From NCBI RefSeq assembly GCF_009914755.1, contig NC_060935.1: a stretch of DNA of 64,000 nt. The stretch is one strand, 5' to 3'. Shown here piece after piece: positions 31,311-54,499 of this stretch; positions within the stretch are counted from its first letter, which is position 1; every line of letters begins with the position of its first letter. This DNA is from the human T2T-CHM13v2.0 reference genome, Homo sapiens. A program made the position numbers and the translations under genes. Below the pieces are notes generated by a model that saw only the letters and a program-made list of their open reading frames with translations, was not told the DNA's origin and searched no databases.

Positions 31311-32440
31311 CATCACTTGATTTCATTTGTGCTATAATTTCACTAATGGTAGGTGTCTGATTTTACCAAAGTTGTTGCTCTAATTTTTCTGTAATTATGA
31401 TTATTTCCATACAGTCTACTCTTGATATTGGGGACGTATGGAGAGATAATTTCATAGAATATTGTGAGTTAGAAATCCCAAATACAAGTAAAATATATAG
31501 TTTTTCTTAAAAGACAGTGAAGTCTAAGAAAAAAAGTAAAATCTGTCTACATAAAACAAGAATTACTGTATAAAGAAAACAAAAGTTTACTGCATGTGGA
31601 CACTCTGTGGTCTGCTAAAGGGGTTATCAATCTGCCTGGCTGTGTTTCTGTTTCAAGTTCACTACAAATAAATAAAATACATATAATGGGCTATATTCTT
31701 CGCTACTAATTTCACATGATGTTGTCATTCAGCTCATGTTTGGATACTACTACTTTTCTAATGATTTCTGTCTCTCATTAAATTCATCTGAATATAATAT
31801 AAATATATATATATTTATATATTAAGTTGATGCTCATCTTTGTTCTTCTGAATTCCCTTCCAAGTCAACTTTTCTATTTTGGTCTAAAAATAAATAATTC
31901 ATTAGACAATATGTAAATCCATATTGTATTATTTTTATATGTCCAATTAATTTATTTATTTTTGGTTTTATCAAAAGAGAAAGGCATTAGAACATCCCAC
32001 AGAAATCAAGGGAAATTTGAATGTGTACCTTTAGAGGTGTGTGATCCAGGATGGTTTCAGAGATCTTGAGATGGTGTAACTATATTTTGGGATTATCATA
32101 TTTACTTAGGTATAATTTACACAAAATAAAATTCACTATTTGTGGGTGTATAATACAATGTGTTCTGATAAATATATACAATTGCTTAATCATCCACTAT
32201 ATACAACAATTTCATCACCCCAAAGATTCCCTTGCCACAGCGCTGCAATCACTGACCAGCTTTCTATCCTCGTGAATTCGATTCTATTAAATGTCATGTG
32301 ATGAAATCACATATGATTCAGTATTTTGTGTCTACTATCGGTTAGCATAATGCTTGTAAGAATCTATATGTTGTTGTCTGTATCAGTAGTTCAGGGTTTT
32401 TATTGCTAATTAGCATTCATTGTATAACATAGCATAAATT

Positions 32441-32685
32441 CTTTTTTTTTCTTTTTCTTTTCTTTTGAGACAGCATCTCTGTTACCCAGGCTGGAGTGCA
32501 GTGGCGCAATCTTGGCTCACTGCCAATTCCGTCTTCTGGGCTCAAGAGATCCTTGGGGCTCAAGGAATCCTCCTGCCTCAGCCCCCTTAGTAGCTGGGAG
32601 TACAGTCATATGCCATCACACCCAGCTAATTTTTGTTTTCTTTTGTTTTGAGGGGGGGTTATTTTTATGTTTTGGTAGAGATGGG
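32441..32685 (-). mobile_element. AluJ, 5'-truncated
   Basis: GGCTGGAGTGCAGTGGCGCAATC...GGGCTCAAG; TSD GCATAAATT / GCATAATTT. Confidence 0.85.
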
Positions 32686-33527
32686 GCATAATTTATTTGT
32701 CCATTCACCTTTCATGAACATTCTGGTTATTTTCAGATTATTGCTGTTATAATAAAGCAGCTGTGGACACTTGAATACAAGTCTTTGTGTCTACTTGTGT
32801 TTTTATTAATTTTGAGTAGATACCTACAGGGGAAATTTCTGGATCATATTGTATATTTATTTAAAATTTAAAATAGTTTTTAAATTATTTTCCAAGGTTG
32901 CCATACTATGTTGTATTATCAGCAGCAATATATGAGAGTTCCTCTCAATCTTCCCCAACATATGGTGATTTCAGTAATTTTTAATTTATTCAAACCAATA
33001 GGTGTGTCATAGTGTGTTATCATGGTCCTAATGAACATTTTCCTGAAACCTGATGATCTTGGACATTTTTCAGATGTTTATTTGCCATCTTATATTGTTT
33101 CAGATAAGGGTCCAATCAAATATTTTGCCCATTCTTTTATTTAGTTGTTTCTCATTATTAAACTACAAATGTCTGTGCATGTGTGTGTGTGCAAATGTCC
33201 ATGTTTGTATGTGCGGTGTGTGTACATGTATTTGCTGGAATGTATTATACTATAAATATGGATATTTTATAAATGTGTAGTACGATATATCACATATTTA
33301 TACTGTAAGTATGTAAAGTGTACTATATAATTTCTCACATAAATGGTACATACATCACATATATTTTCATAGCATGGTGATTTCCTATTCATTTAAGTCT
33401 AATTATCAAAGTTTCTTATTTTATGTTTTCATGTTTGCTTTTTGTGTCTTATTTAAGAAATATGGAATTAATGTATAGTCACTATAATTTCAATTCTATT
33501 TTTTAAAGGTTTTCCTTTTGACTCTGA

Positions 33528-36073
<2,546 letters not shown>

Positions 36074-36409
36074 AAAGAGTTAGTATTTATTTTTCATTGA
36101 TTTGTTCCGTCATCCATGTTAATAATTGGTCACATATATGTGTATCTACTTCTGAACACTATTTCATTGATCTATATGTCTATTCTGTATAAATATTACA
36201 CTTCCTTGATTATAATAGCTTTATAGTAAATCTTGTATTTATGTGCTGTTGGTACTTGAAATTTGTTCTTTTTTTTGCAAAATACTTTGACTAGTTTAAT
36301 TCATTTACATTTAAATGTAAACTTTGGAATCACCTTGTTAATGTCTATAAAAATCTCCATTGGAAGTTGATTTCACATTGATTGAATTTATAGATTCAAA
36401 AAGAAAAAC

Positions 36410-37010
36410 TATTTTAAAAAAGTAATTGACTCTGTTATGTTCATCAGTGTTAGGTTTATAGAAAAACTGAGTGGAAATTACAGAGACTTCTCAAATCCTA
36501 CCTTAACACCCTCTTCCTTTGGCCTCAATCTCTCTATCCCGTTCTTAATTGTCCCTATGGTTAACATCTTGCGTTAGTGTGGTGCATATGTTAAAACTGA
36601 TGAGCCAATATTGAAACATTATTATTAACTAAAGTCCATAGTTTACATTAGGGTTCACTCATTGTGTTGTACGTTATATAGGCTTTTCCAAATATAAATT
36701 GACATGTATCCACCATTAGAGTATGATATGAAGTAGTTTCACTGCCCTAAAAATCCTATGCTTCACCTATTCATCCATTCCTCCCTCCCCCAGAACCTCT
36801 GGTAATCCCTGATGTTTTTACTGTCTTCTTGGTTTTGCCTTTGTAGAATGTCTTAAAATTAAAATCATACAGTGTGTAGTCTTTCCATATTGACTTATTT
36901 CACTTAGCCATATACATTTAAGTTTCTTTGTTTTTTCATGGCTTGACAGCTCATTTCTTTTTATAACTGAATAATATTCCATTGTGTGAATGTACCATAG
37001 CTTGTTAATT
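36410..37010 (-). mobile_element. L1MC/MD 3' end
   Basis: TAACTAAAGTCCATAGTTTACATTAGGGTTCACTC...AGTTTCACTGCCCTAAAAATCC. Confidence 0.75.
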
Positions 37011-37878
37011 CCTATGATTTTAATAATTATTATAGTTCTATTGAGCACAGTATAAGTTTCTATTTATTGAGGCTTTATAAAATTGTACACAGCAATAACT
37101 TCTATTTTTTGTGTAAATATTTTGGGCGACTATTTAAAATGTTTATGCCTAAGGTCATTTTTATTGTACTGTGAAGGGTACGTTTTTCTTTTTTTGTGGA
37201 GGGCATTTTAATCACTATTTATGATTAGTTTTTAGTTATAATCACTATTTATGGCAATGCCATCAATGAGTAAATACAGCTATACTTTTTTCATTTTAAT
37301 ATGCATGCTTTCTATTTATTTTTCTTGATTTATGGAATTGGCTGGGACCATGAATATAATGTTGAAATAAAGTGATAAGAGAAGACATCATTGCTATATT
37401 GCCAATCTTAGGATGAAAACAGTCTTTCAACATTTTGATGTTAGCTATAGGTTTTCCACAGATGCTCTTCATCAGATTGAGGAAATTCCCCTTTATTCCT
37501 TGGTTTAAAAAAGTTTTTATCATTGAAGGATAGTAAACTTTTTTTCAAATGCTTTCTATACCTTTACTAATATATTTATTTTAATACAGTGAATTATTTT
37601 TATTGGTATTTGAATGTTAACACCTCTTTCTTTCCTGGGATAAATTCTACTTGACTCATTTGATCATGAGTATTTTTTATATATATTACTAAATATTGAT
37701 TTCCTAAAATTTACTTAAGGGTGTTTGTGTCTGTGTTCATGAGAGGTAGTAGCCTGTAAGTTGTTTTTCACATCTTACTCTTAAGGGAACACCGGTGGTG
37801 GGGAGTAGAATTTTGCAGGGCTAGCAGGGTGGTGAGCATTCTCCAATGTTCTCATTAACGTGAGTTGAAAGCCATCTC

Positions 37879-38148
37879 TGTGTTCCTGGATTTTGAAGTG
37901 TTGCCTTCACATGTGCTTCTATTCCTCCTATATATGTAGCATGGATCTAATAAGTATTTCTGTCTCTCTCTCTCTTGGGATAGTAATGTCCTTTTCCCCC
38001 TCCCCGAGCTGCAATGTGTTCCTGGATTTTGAAGTGTTGCCTTCACATGTGCTTCTATTCCTCCTCTATATGTAGCATGGATCTAATAAGTATTTCTGTC
38101 TCTCTCTCTTGGTATAGTAATGTCCTTTTCCCCCTCCCCGAGCTGCAG
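37879..38148. repeat. Tandem duplication of 136 + 134 bp
   Basis: Units 37879-38014 and 38015-38148 differ by 3 substitutions and one CT unit. Confidence 0.95.
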
Positions 38149-38149
38149 T

Positions 38150-38495
38150 GGGTTTCCATCAGTACCTTCAAGATGACACCTTTTATTGCTCTGCCACATG
38201 CAGAATAAGGCATTTGCTTTGTAGTGATGTAGCGGAAATAGATCCTGGCAGAGTTTTAGCAATGCCTGCTGTTCTCTCCCAGAGTCACCATGAGAATATC
38301 TTTTCCAAGATTCTCCCTGTTCTTCTCTATGAGCACTGGTAGAGTTTGTAGAGAAACACATGTAAGAGGGCATAAACCCAACCTCATGCTAACCCACAAC
38401 TAGTTATCAGCAATTCATTAAAATTTGTTACCTATATCTTCCTACAAGCTTATGAGGCAGCAAGCAGCATCTTTCCTAGGTGAGCAGATTCTCAG
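38150..38495 (-). mobile_element. Old L1M 5'-region fragment
   Basis: GAGCACTGG...CAGCAATTCATTAAAAT...CCTAGGTGAGCAGATTCTCAG resembles L1MD/ME 5' ends. Confidence 0.4.
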
Positions 38496-38959
38496 TTGCT
38501 GTTTCTTCCACAAGACACCTGTTTCTTTACAAATTGAAGATTTATTTGAATACTGTGAAAATTCAGTTTTGTGTTGAATTCAGAAGCATTGTGAATTTTC
38601 AGTTTGTCCATGATGATTTCTGTGAATTGATGCAATTTTAGCATGCAATTACCGTGTGTGTGTGCAGTGTTTTTAAAAAAGAATGAAAAAACAAAACATG
38701 GTCTCTGACAAATGATTATTTTCCCAATGCTTATTTCCCTGAATAACAATTCTATTGGATACTTGTAACACTGTAGTTCACTTAGGCAGTCTCAAAATTG
38801 AGAGTTTTAAACTTTAAATTGCAAATTTTTAGAAAAAGTGAGGATTAGTTGGTCTGTTTCTAATATACAAAACCCATAGGATAATATTTTGGTGGGTGAG
38901 TAGGTGGTGTGGGTTTTCCAGGTATATTGCAGAATGCGCAGAAATAAAAGGCCACTGTG

Positions 38960-39130
38960 CTTGGCATTTATCCTTTGCTGTTTAGGTCCTCTCTCCACCT
39001 TTCACCATCTCCTTTGCTCCAGAATGTGGCCTTTATGGATCATATCATTTGAGTTCCTTAGCATTCAGATTCTGGTGCAGTTAGACCAAAGGGGATATCA
39101 GCAGGAGATTAGCAGGTGGGAGAAAAGCAA
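38960..39130. mobile_element. LTR33-like ERVL LTR fragment
   Basis: GACCAAAGGGGATATCAGCAGGAGATTAGCAGGTGGGAG resembles the recalled LTR33 consensus. Confidence 0.5.
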
Positions 39131-39280
39131 GATAGAAAGTACAATGGTGTTTACCATAGGCTGGGGGCAGAAAGGGAGATGTTGATCAAAGGGTACAAAA
39201 TTGTAGTTAGAGGGAGGAATGAGTTCTGGTGATCTGTGGCATATCATGGTGACTATAGTTAATAATAGTATATTATCCAA
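39130..39280 (+). mobile_element. L1MA 3'UTR fragment
   Basis: GGGAGATGTTGATCAAAGGGTACAAAATT...CATGGTGACTATAGTTAATAATA. Confidence 0.75.
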
Positions 39281-39664
39281 TTTGAATATGAAGTTTACTT
39301 AAAAATATCAATGGTCCAATTCCAGAGCTTGCATTATTTTGTATATTCCTCAATATATTTAAAATTTTAATTTGTAACCTCTGTATGTTAGCATATTGCT
39401 ATTAATTAAATGGATAAAACATCATGTTAGGTCTACATCTAAGTAACTTAACATTTCTGAAGAGAACACATCATTTATTTGACTCCCTGACAAAAATATA
39501 CCAAACAGAAAACAAAATTAGTACTTACTTGTTCACATCTTAATTAATGTAAACTTTCTGTGTCCAAACATACACCTTACTTTCTCTAATTCCTTATAAT
39601 TTCCAATGTTTCAGCAGGAATTGATGAAAGAATTGAAGAGTTGAAAAAATATACTAAAACCAGT

Positions 39665-40225
39665 GATTTCTCATTACTGCTACCATTACAGCCTCTTTCA
39701 AGCCACCATCAGCTTCCACCTGGACTGCTGCAATAACTAATACCCTCGCCCCAATCGTAACCTACCTCATACTGGCCAGAATCACAACTGGACTAGACAG
39801 GATTAGGCCACTGGTAAATTCTTAGATGGAAATTTCCACAGCTCCTCCTTTTATTCTCTCTGATCTGGCATGTAGTCTTCTTGAAGTTTGGAACACATCA
39901 AGCTTAGTTCTGCTAAGGGGTTCAGGCTGGACTACCTGCCCCCAGGGCTTTTCATGATTTGCTCAAATTCTCCCTCTTTAGATAGAACTTTTCTTCTTAA
40001 AATGCTTAAAGTGAAAGCATTCCCTTCATCATTCTATACTCTCTGTACCTTATCTATGTATTTTCCAGGATTCATGTGGTACTAGTAATTTAGTTACTGA
40101 TTTCTTTATTGCCTCTGCTCCCCACAAAATATATGTTTTTTGTAAATCAGTAACTTGATCTTATTTACTTCTTCACCATCCTCAGTCTCTAGGTAATGCC
40201 TGACATTTTGTTATAACTAAATGTT
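39665..40225 (+). mobile_element. L2 fragment
   Basis: CAAGCCACCATCAGCTTCCACCTGGACTGCTGCAATA and a 3' end with ...TAATGCCTGACAT. Confidence 0.6.
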
Positions 40226-41349
40226 AATGTTATAAGTAATTTACTTCACCTCATTCGACAGTGAGAATTTAAAATGCATTTCTTGTCTCTGAGTGGTGAG
40301 TATTGAATGTTTATTTATAAAACTGAGAAAAACAAAGACGTGTCCAGGATCTATGAGATTATGTATGTAAAAGTAAAAAAAATAGCAACTTTTAAAATAT
40401 TTCTTAATATTCTTAGTCTCATCTCTTAGGCCTCTAGCCCATAATTATACCATAAGATACATAGCTCTAGGTATTTTATTAATCTAGTTTCTATCAGAAA
40501 CTAGACTGCTTTGAATATAAACACCAAACATTTTTTGTCTAGTTAATGCTATATAAAATTTGAATTTTCTTTTAAAATTAGAAATGAAAGCTAATACAAA
40601 ATAGAGCTCTCTCTGTGCTCCTCATTTTCTATTATTGTAGTAGTTTTTTTCCCTGGTATTTTTAAATTTTAGAAAACATAATTTTAACAATGAATATTTA
40701 TCTCACCATTAGACAATCTTATGATACATAAATTACTAACAGAAGATTTAAATTTAACAGTTTAATCATTTGCATAATTTTTTACAGCCTTGTATTAAAT
40801 TACTATCATAAATGACTATAGTTCACCTAATAAACAGCATTAACTATGACTTTCAAAGTTAACTGTATAATAAATTGGCTTCATTTTGTAATTAATGAAA
40901 ACAAAATATTGTAGTAGCTAACATATTAGTTGATAATAATTAAGGAAGCTTCAAGCTACAAAGAACAGAATAGGACTCATTAAGCTAGACAAATTTGGGT
41001 AGAATCTTGTATTTCAATTTCATAAGGTTTTAAATTTTTCCTCATCTTCACTTTTTCACACAAAATGATGGTTTGTGGTAAGTTTTTTTGGTTTGAGTAG
41101 GTTTTGCTTTTTAAAAATAATATTGCAAGAAATCCTGGCAAAATAATCTTAGCAAGGACTCATATAGATCTTAGTAAAATAGGCAAATAAACAAATATTA
41201 ACAAATAAATAATTTATAATGTTATTAAAGCTGATAATATAAATGAAGCAATATAGTTTTAAAAAAATGAGGTGACATAGAAATTGTAAATTTTTTGGCA
41301 TATTAAATAATTAACACTGCAGCTTTCTTTGGGGCTGCAAGATTCCTTT

Positions 41350-41820
<471 letters not shown>

Positions 41821-42390
41821 ATTATGAAAAACAATAACTTTTGCATTGAGTAATATAGCTTGTTTAAGTATGTCTCAAAGCATTCCTACTCTGATGTATT
41901 CTGAAAGTAACCTAGCATTTCTGAAGAGAGGAATCAATCAGGGAGAAAGCCTTGATGTCAGTGAAAGTAATAGAGAGCAGGAACTATCATAAAATCTTGG
42001 CACAAACTATTCAATGCTGCCTAGAAACTTAGCCTTTGAAGGGAACAGGCACAAAGAAGTGACAAATGGCCACACTTACAAATATCAATCTAGTCTTGAA
42101 TGGGAAGATGCGAAAAGGCAAGGCAGTCAGGGGCTCACATGCCAGGCCGTTTATATTCTTATTCTCCTCAGAATACATTAGATTGGAACACAATGGCTGG
42201 ACATACTCTTTTCCAAAGTTTTAGTATTATGAATCTTGTGTTGGAATGGGAAAGAGTTTATATTGAGTCTGGAAGAAGGCATATGTCACTGTGTTTGGCA
42301 AGGGTAAGCTACCCTAACTGACTTTCACATGTATCAATTACAGATGGGTGTGGCCATATTTAAAAACTATTGGTAAACTGGGTATCCTAA

Positions 42391-43744
42391 TGAGAGGCGA
42401 CAATGTGCTGGTGGCCATCGCTCACTCTCAGCACCTCCTCAGCCTTGGCATCTACTCTGGCCACGCTTGAGGAGCCCTTCAGCCCACCGCTGCACTGTGG
42501 GAGCCCGTCTCTGGGCTAGCCAAGGCTGCAGCCAGCTCCCTCTGCTTGTGGGGAGGCGTGGAGGGACAGGCATGGGCAGGAACCGGGGCTGTGCGCGGTG
42601 CTTGCAGGCCAGTGTGAGTTCTGGGTGGGCGTGGGCTAGGCAGGCCCTGCACTCAGAGCAGCCAGCTGGCACTGCTGGCTGTGGGTAGTGAGGGCTTAGC
42701 ACCCAGGCCAGCAGCTGCGGAGGGGCCACCGGGTCCCCCAGCACTGCCAGACTGCCCACACCGTGCTCGAATTCTCGCCGGGCTTCAGCCGCCTCCCTGT
42801 GGGGCAGGGCTTGGGACCTGCAGCCCACCATGCCCGAGCCCCCACTGCAGTGGCCTCCCGCACTCCCCCTGCTCTGCAGCACCTGGTCCTGTCGACCACC
42901 CAAGGGCTGAGGAGTGCAGGTGCGTGGCGTGGGACTGGCAGGCAGCTCTGCCCGCGGCCCTGGTGCGGGATCCACTAGGCAAAGCCAGCTGAGCTCCTGA
43001 GTTGGGTGGGGACTTGGAGAACCTTTATGTCTAGCTGGAGGATTGTATATGCGCCAATCAGCACTCTATATCTAGCTAATCTGGTCAGGACTTGGAGAAC
43101 CTTTATGTCTAGCTAAAGGATTGTAAATACACCAATCAGCACTCTGTGTCTAGCTCAAGGTTTGTAAACACACCAATCATTGCTCTCTGTCTAGCTAATC
43201 TAGTGGGGATTTGGAGAATTTTATGTCTAGCTAGAGGACTGTAAATACACCAATCAGCATTCTGTGTCTAGCTCAAGGTTTGTAAATGCACCTATCAGCA
43301 CCCTGTCAAAATGGACCAATCAGCTCTCTGTAAAATGGACCAATCAGCTCTCTGGAAAAATGGGCCAATCAACAGGATGTGGGTGGGGTCAGAAAAGGGA
43401 ATAAAAGCAGACTGCCTGAGCCAGCAGCAGCAACAGGCTCAGGTCCCCTTCCTCACTGTGGAAGCTTTGTTCTTTTGCTCTTTGCAATAAATCTTGCTGC
43501 TGCTCACTCTTTGTGTACGCACTGCCTTTATGAGCTGTAACACTCACCGTGAAGGTCTGCAGTTTCACTACTGAGGCCAGCGAGACCACGAACCCACCAG
43601 AAGGCAGAAACTCTGAACACATCCAAACATCAGAAGGAACAAACGCCGGACACACCATCTTTGAGAACTGTGACACTCACCGCAAGGGTCCACAGCTTCA
43701 TTCTTGAAGTCAGTGAGATCAAGAACCCACCAATTTCTTACACA
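42391..43744 (+). mobile_element. Solo LTR12 (ERV9; LTR12D-like)
   Basis: TGAGAGG...CACA termini; 4-bp TSD CTAA (42387-42390 / 43745-43748); GC-rich U3, CCAAT repeat array, U5 repeats. Confidence 0.95.
43010..43410 (+). promoter_or_regulatory. LTR12 U3 enhancer/promoter: NF-Y (CCAAT) array and TATA-like AATAAAA
   Basis: CCAAT at 43054, 43132, 43173, 43250, 43316, 43340 and 43365; AATAAAA at 43400-43406; polyA signal AATAAA just downstream at 43486-43491. Confidence 0.75.
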
Positions 43745-44498
43745 CTAAGAGGCTATAGCTTCTTTTAGCCAATGAGTTCATGAGTAAGTTGAGGATGGGG
43801 TACCTAGATTGCCTTTAGCCAGGATACCTAACTAATAATTTTGAGTAAATTCTTCAAAGAATAACTGAACAACTACTTTACTTTATATTGTGCTTACCAC
43901 TGCTCTCCAAAGATACAAAGATGAAATTTGAGAAAGCATGTAGAATAGACCTGATATAGGATAGCATAGGTGTTAACTCAGTGAGAGCTGTTGCCTTGAA
44001 ATATCTATGAAAAGTCACTAATTTTAGGTATCGAAGCCAATCAATCTCTTCAGATAGACACCTATCTTCTATTACAGAGAGGCTTTTCTGTACCATGTAG
44101 ATCAATATCAAACATAAAAAGAATTCTAGTTTTACACTAGAGGCTGTTATTAATAATAATTTAGACATGATATTTTTAACAGTATAGACATTTTCTATTT
44201 TATATTACGTATATATTCATTTGGTACCTCTTTGCCCACTCTGGGCAGACCCTGAATTTAATTTTTTCTTCATGGTGTCAAATTTTGAACATAAAAAGGG
44301 ATTTAAAAAAAGAAATATGTGGTGACTCCAGGGTTATTTCACATGTTCATTCCATTAGAAAAAATTAAATAGTTCCTGTAAAAGCTCTTCTATTACCATG
44401 AAAAATCTAGAGCTAAATATGCATATCAAAGCTGCTAAAAAATATATCAAAGTAAAAAATACAGTAATAAATAATTACTATAAAAGTTATTTTTTTCT

Positions 44499-50900
<6,402 letters not shown>

Positions 50901-50924
50901 ACTTCAATTGCCTAGTATGTAACT

Positions 50925-51345
50925 GAATCCAGTAACTAATGAATAAATAAATAAAAATGATGTGTCCATGCAATGAAATATTATTCAGTTAAAAGAAGAA
51001 ATTAAGTCCTGAACATGTTACAACATTATAAAAAATTATGGTAAGTTAAAAAAGCCAGACATGAAAGACAATATATTATAATGTTATTTGTATAAAACAT
51101 CCAGAATAGGCAAACCCATAGAAAAAGAAAGTAGATCAGGGGTTGCCAGGAGATGGGGATAAGGGAGAAATGACAAGGCAAGGAGTTTCTTTTGGAATGG
51201 TGGAAATGTCCTATAATTAGACAGTGGTGATGATTATACAGCATTGCAAATATTCTATAAGCCAATTAATTGTACACTTTCTAATAGTTAAAATAATGAA
51301 GTTTATATTATGCAAATTTTATGTTAATAAAAATTTGTTTTTAAA
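50925..51345 (+). mobile_element. L1MB 3'UTR
   Basis: TCCAGAATAGGCAAACCCATAGA...AGTAGATCAGGGGTTGCCAGG...AATTGTACACTTT. Confidence 0.75.
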
Positions 51346-51744
51346 AATTAAAGGATGTGACATCAAATATCCGGTGCCTAGGTCACAAATATCCTCTTCT
51401 ATGACCATGGTTGATATCACTAACATCTACCAACAGTCTATCCTTCTAAGTCTGCGAGTGCTTCAGAGGGTTTTCAACACAATTCTCCAAGTAGCTCAAA
51501 AAATCAATTCAAGAATGTGTATTGCTACTTAGTTATTATCCTTGGTGTTGTTTATCTCTAGAATTTCTTTCAACCATACAATATCCTTACAGCATGAAGT
51601 CATATTGGGATTTCAAGGCCCATATAACTATGCAGTAAATATTTAACTACAATCACTATTATATCAACCAAGACAATACAAGGTAGTGGAGGAACTCCTC
51701 AATTATAGAATTTCCAGTGTACCATAAAATGTTCAGGGCTATGC

Positions 51745-52160
51745 TAGAAATTAGTAGGCCAAAGACCTGAGAACCTGGAACAGGGAGTTGGGGAGGGTAG
51801 GTACAAGTCCAGAGGCTGGAGGGCCTGGAATTCTAATGTCCAAGGACAATAGAAGAAGGCTGACCTAGTTTTTTGGTTTTTAATTGTTTGTTTTGTGTGT
51901 GTGTGGGGAGAGGGGGGGAAGAGAGTGAGTGAGAGAGAGAGACAGATTAGTCTTTCCTCAGTCTTTTTATTGGATCTAGGTCCCCAGACAATTGGATAGT
52001 GCAGACCCACACTAAGGGTGGATCTTCCCCATTCATTCCAGCAACTCACATGCCCATCTCCTCTGGAAACACCTTCACAGCCACACCTAGAAATAATGCT
52101 TTACCAGATGTCTAGGTAGCCCTTAATCCAGTCAAGTGGACGCCCAAAATTAACTGTCAC
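51745..52160 (-). mobile_element. MLT2-type ERVL LTR fragment
   Basis: CTCTGGAAACACCTTCACAG...CCTTAATCCAGTCAAGTGGACGCCCAAAATTAACTGTCAC. Confidence 0.8.
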
Positions 52161-54019
52161 TCTAGCACATTTTTCTGCCATCTACACACATTTTTCTGTT
52201 ACCTGTGTTTTTCATCTATTATGTTATTTGCTTGTATACTCAGTGTGTTTAAGAGACAACGCATGAAATAACCACAGAACAATATAAACTGAAAATTATT
52301 GTAAAGACAAAGTACTTCAAAAAGACTTCTTGAGATTTCACAAAGGAAGGACATTAGCATTTAGAAAATGTTCTGTGATCATCATAGCTGAATCATGGTG
52401 CTTTGTATTATTGCATCCTTCATTTACCTTCTAATTGAATTATTAAGCCAAAGTCAGAGTCACCCAGTGCTGCTATGGAATCCAAGTGTTCTCATTTGCC
52501 CATTTTTGTATGGAAAACCATTGAATTGCATGACATTTAGGTGAATTCAGATAAAGCCTTTATTGTTAAAGACAACAATGGGTGCAAATATTTAAGTGCA
52601 TAAACAAGGTGGGATCTGATGCATAAAAGCTAAGAAGACAGTGTTACCGTTCAAAAATATTTTCATGATCACTTAGGGACATTATACAGCTCTGGAAAGA
52701 AAGACCACTTGGCTAAGAAGAATAAAGGCTATTCTTCCTCTCACAGTTTTTCTCCTGTGTGTTAGAAGCTAAGATCATTTTTAATCTATCAAAATAGCAC
52801 TCACAATATTTGTGTGAAATCTGTATTTCTCAGAAGAAAATATTTTAATTTCTTTCATGTTGAGCACATACAACGTATGCACCAGTGTTTCTGGCTACTG
52901 GGGCTACTACTATAAATGCTATTAAGATATTAACTAACTTCAAGGAATTTAACAGGTGTGTGTGTTTGTGATGGGATGTGGTAGTGCAGTATGCTCATAA
53001 CTAACCACAGGGCAAAGCATAAAGTTTCATGTTATTTTATCTCCAGGTTGATTGTGCCAGCTACTTAGTCCAAGGAAAACTTTTTTCCTCTTAAATAGTA
53101 TGCAGAGTTTGCCACAACTTATGCTAATATATCTAAATAAAATCCCCTTTTTTGTTAATGCAAAATAGCCAACTCGAAATAGACTTTTTTTTTGTGGTAG
53201 AGACGAAAGTGAGTAGTCTGCACTAGTGAATGTAGCTTGGTAGTAGGCGATGGTTGCTGATTTTCCTCCTGAAGGTTCATAGCCTTGTTACCATCACTAA
53301 TGCAAACAAACCTGTGACTCATTAAATGCCAGTGTTTGCCTCTTAAAACTTTATCATGTCTCATCTTCCTTAAGCTCTTTATAACTCATATTTTAAACTT
53401 ATTACATTTTGCCCATTACAACATTGTTCATTAATCTGAGTTGCTTCTTCAGTTTTTTCCACTAAAAATTTTGTTTGCATTGGTTTAGATTATAAACAGT
53501 ACAGAAATGCAGCTGGTCTGACAAATGATGAATTCTTCAGGCACTGAAATAAGATTTCATACACTTAGCTAGATAGGGTGAGTTAATTTTTCTTTTTTAT
53601 TTTTATACAATGAGACTGAGAGAAAGGAATCAACCCTTCTCCTCAAATCTTTTTCAGTAACCCTGGGACTTCTGTAATATTGGATCATACTGATAAACCT
53701 AATTTCTGACAAATTCTTCCTCATCCAATTCATGGTGAGCAAAAATAAATATTGAAGCAGAAATATTTATTTATAGTAACTTTCAAATGACTTCCTGTGC
53801 TGGTCTCTAAAATCATTGGCTAAGGGAAAGCTGTAGGATGATGTTATGTTATAGAGGTGATAAATTGACTTTACTATCCTTAAGCTGGGGCTTCTATTTT
53901 TCTTTCCTGTCCTTTCTACCAAGCTAAATTTTAATGACTTTCAGGACCACTCAATTTCTAGCTTTACAGGGAGCTACTTCTGATTATTTTACTTCTCATC
54001 CAAAGTAATGCGATTTAAA

Positions 54020-54258
54020 GCTTGCTTTGACTCTTGAGGCAGATAGATCTGGACTGAAACCTTGGCTTTATCTGTCTCCAACTATGTAAACTTGGCAAGT
54101 TGATTAACATCTATGTTATCAGTTTCCTCACATGAACAATGAGAATTGTTTCAACATATTTCTCATAAAGCTGTTAAGAGACTTACATGTAAAGGACATA
54201 GGACTGTGTATAGTACATTTTAAATACTCTCCAGTTACTATATTCATCATCATCATTA
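54020..54258 (+). mobile_element. MIR
   Basis: CTATGTAAACTTGGCAAGTTGATTAAC...TCAGTTTCCTCA. Confidence 0.7.
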
Positions 54259-54499
54259 TACCACAATGCTTAATTCTACCTATATCACATCCACCACACT
54301 CTGGACTTTCTGCTATTAATTAATTATTCATACATTTGTGCTACATGTCTTAAGCTACTTTTTAGCATCCTTTAAGTCAGGAAATAAATTATTATATGTG
54401 TTTGTTACAGGGAGGGTATAAGTGATTGGACAATAAATTGGATCAGGAATCTGGTCACTATGAAAAGAAGTCTCAGTGAAACTACAAGTTATTCTATAA

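Noticed and set aside
31797-31820. 24-bp perfect AT palindrome (also GTTATTTTAAAATAAC near 22876)
   Set aside because: Low-complexity AT sequence; expected by chance in this base composition.
38600-38715. C/D-box snoRNA (ATGATGA ... CTGA with TTTG/CAAA flanks)
   Set aside because: The terminal stem is out of register for a kink-turn, the interior is low-complexity, and both boxes are expected by chance.
42439-42992. GC-rich overlapping ORFs or a CpG-island gene start
   Set aside because: They lie entirely within LTR12 U3. The ORFs reflect low stop-codon frequency, and CpGs are largely decayed to TG/CA.
43010-43375. Repeat array as CRISPR-like
   Set aside because: These are the known LTR12 enhancer tandem repeats; there are no unique spacers and no cas genes, and the DNA is primate.
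53155-53364. 69-aa minus-strand ORF as a coding exon
   Set aside because: No recognisable homology and no convincing splice sites.
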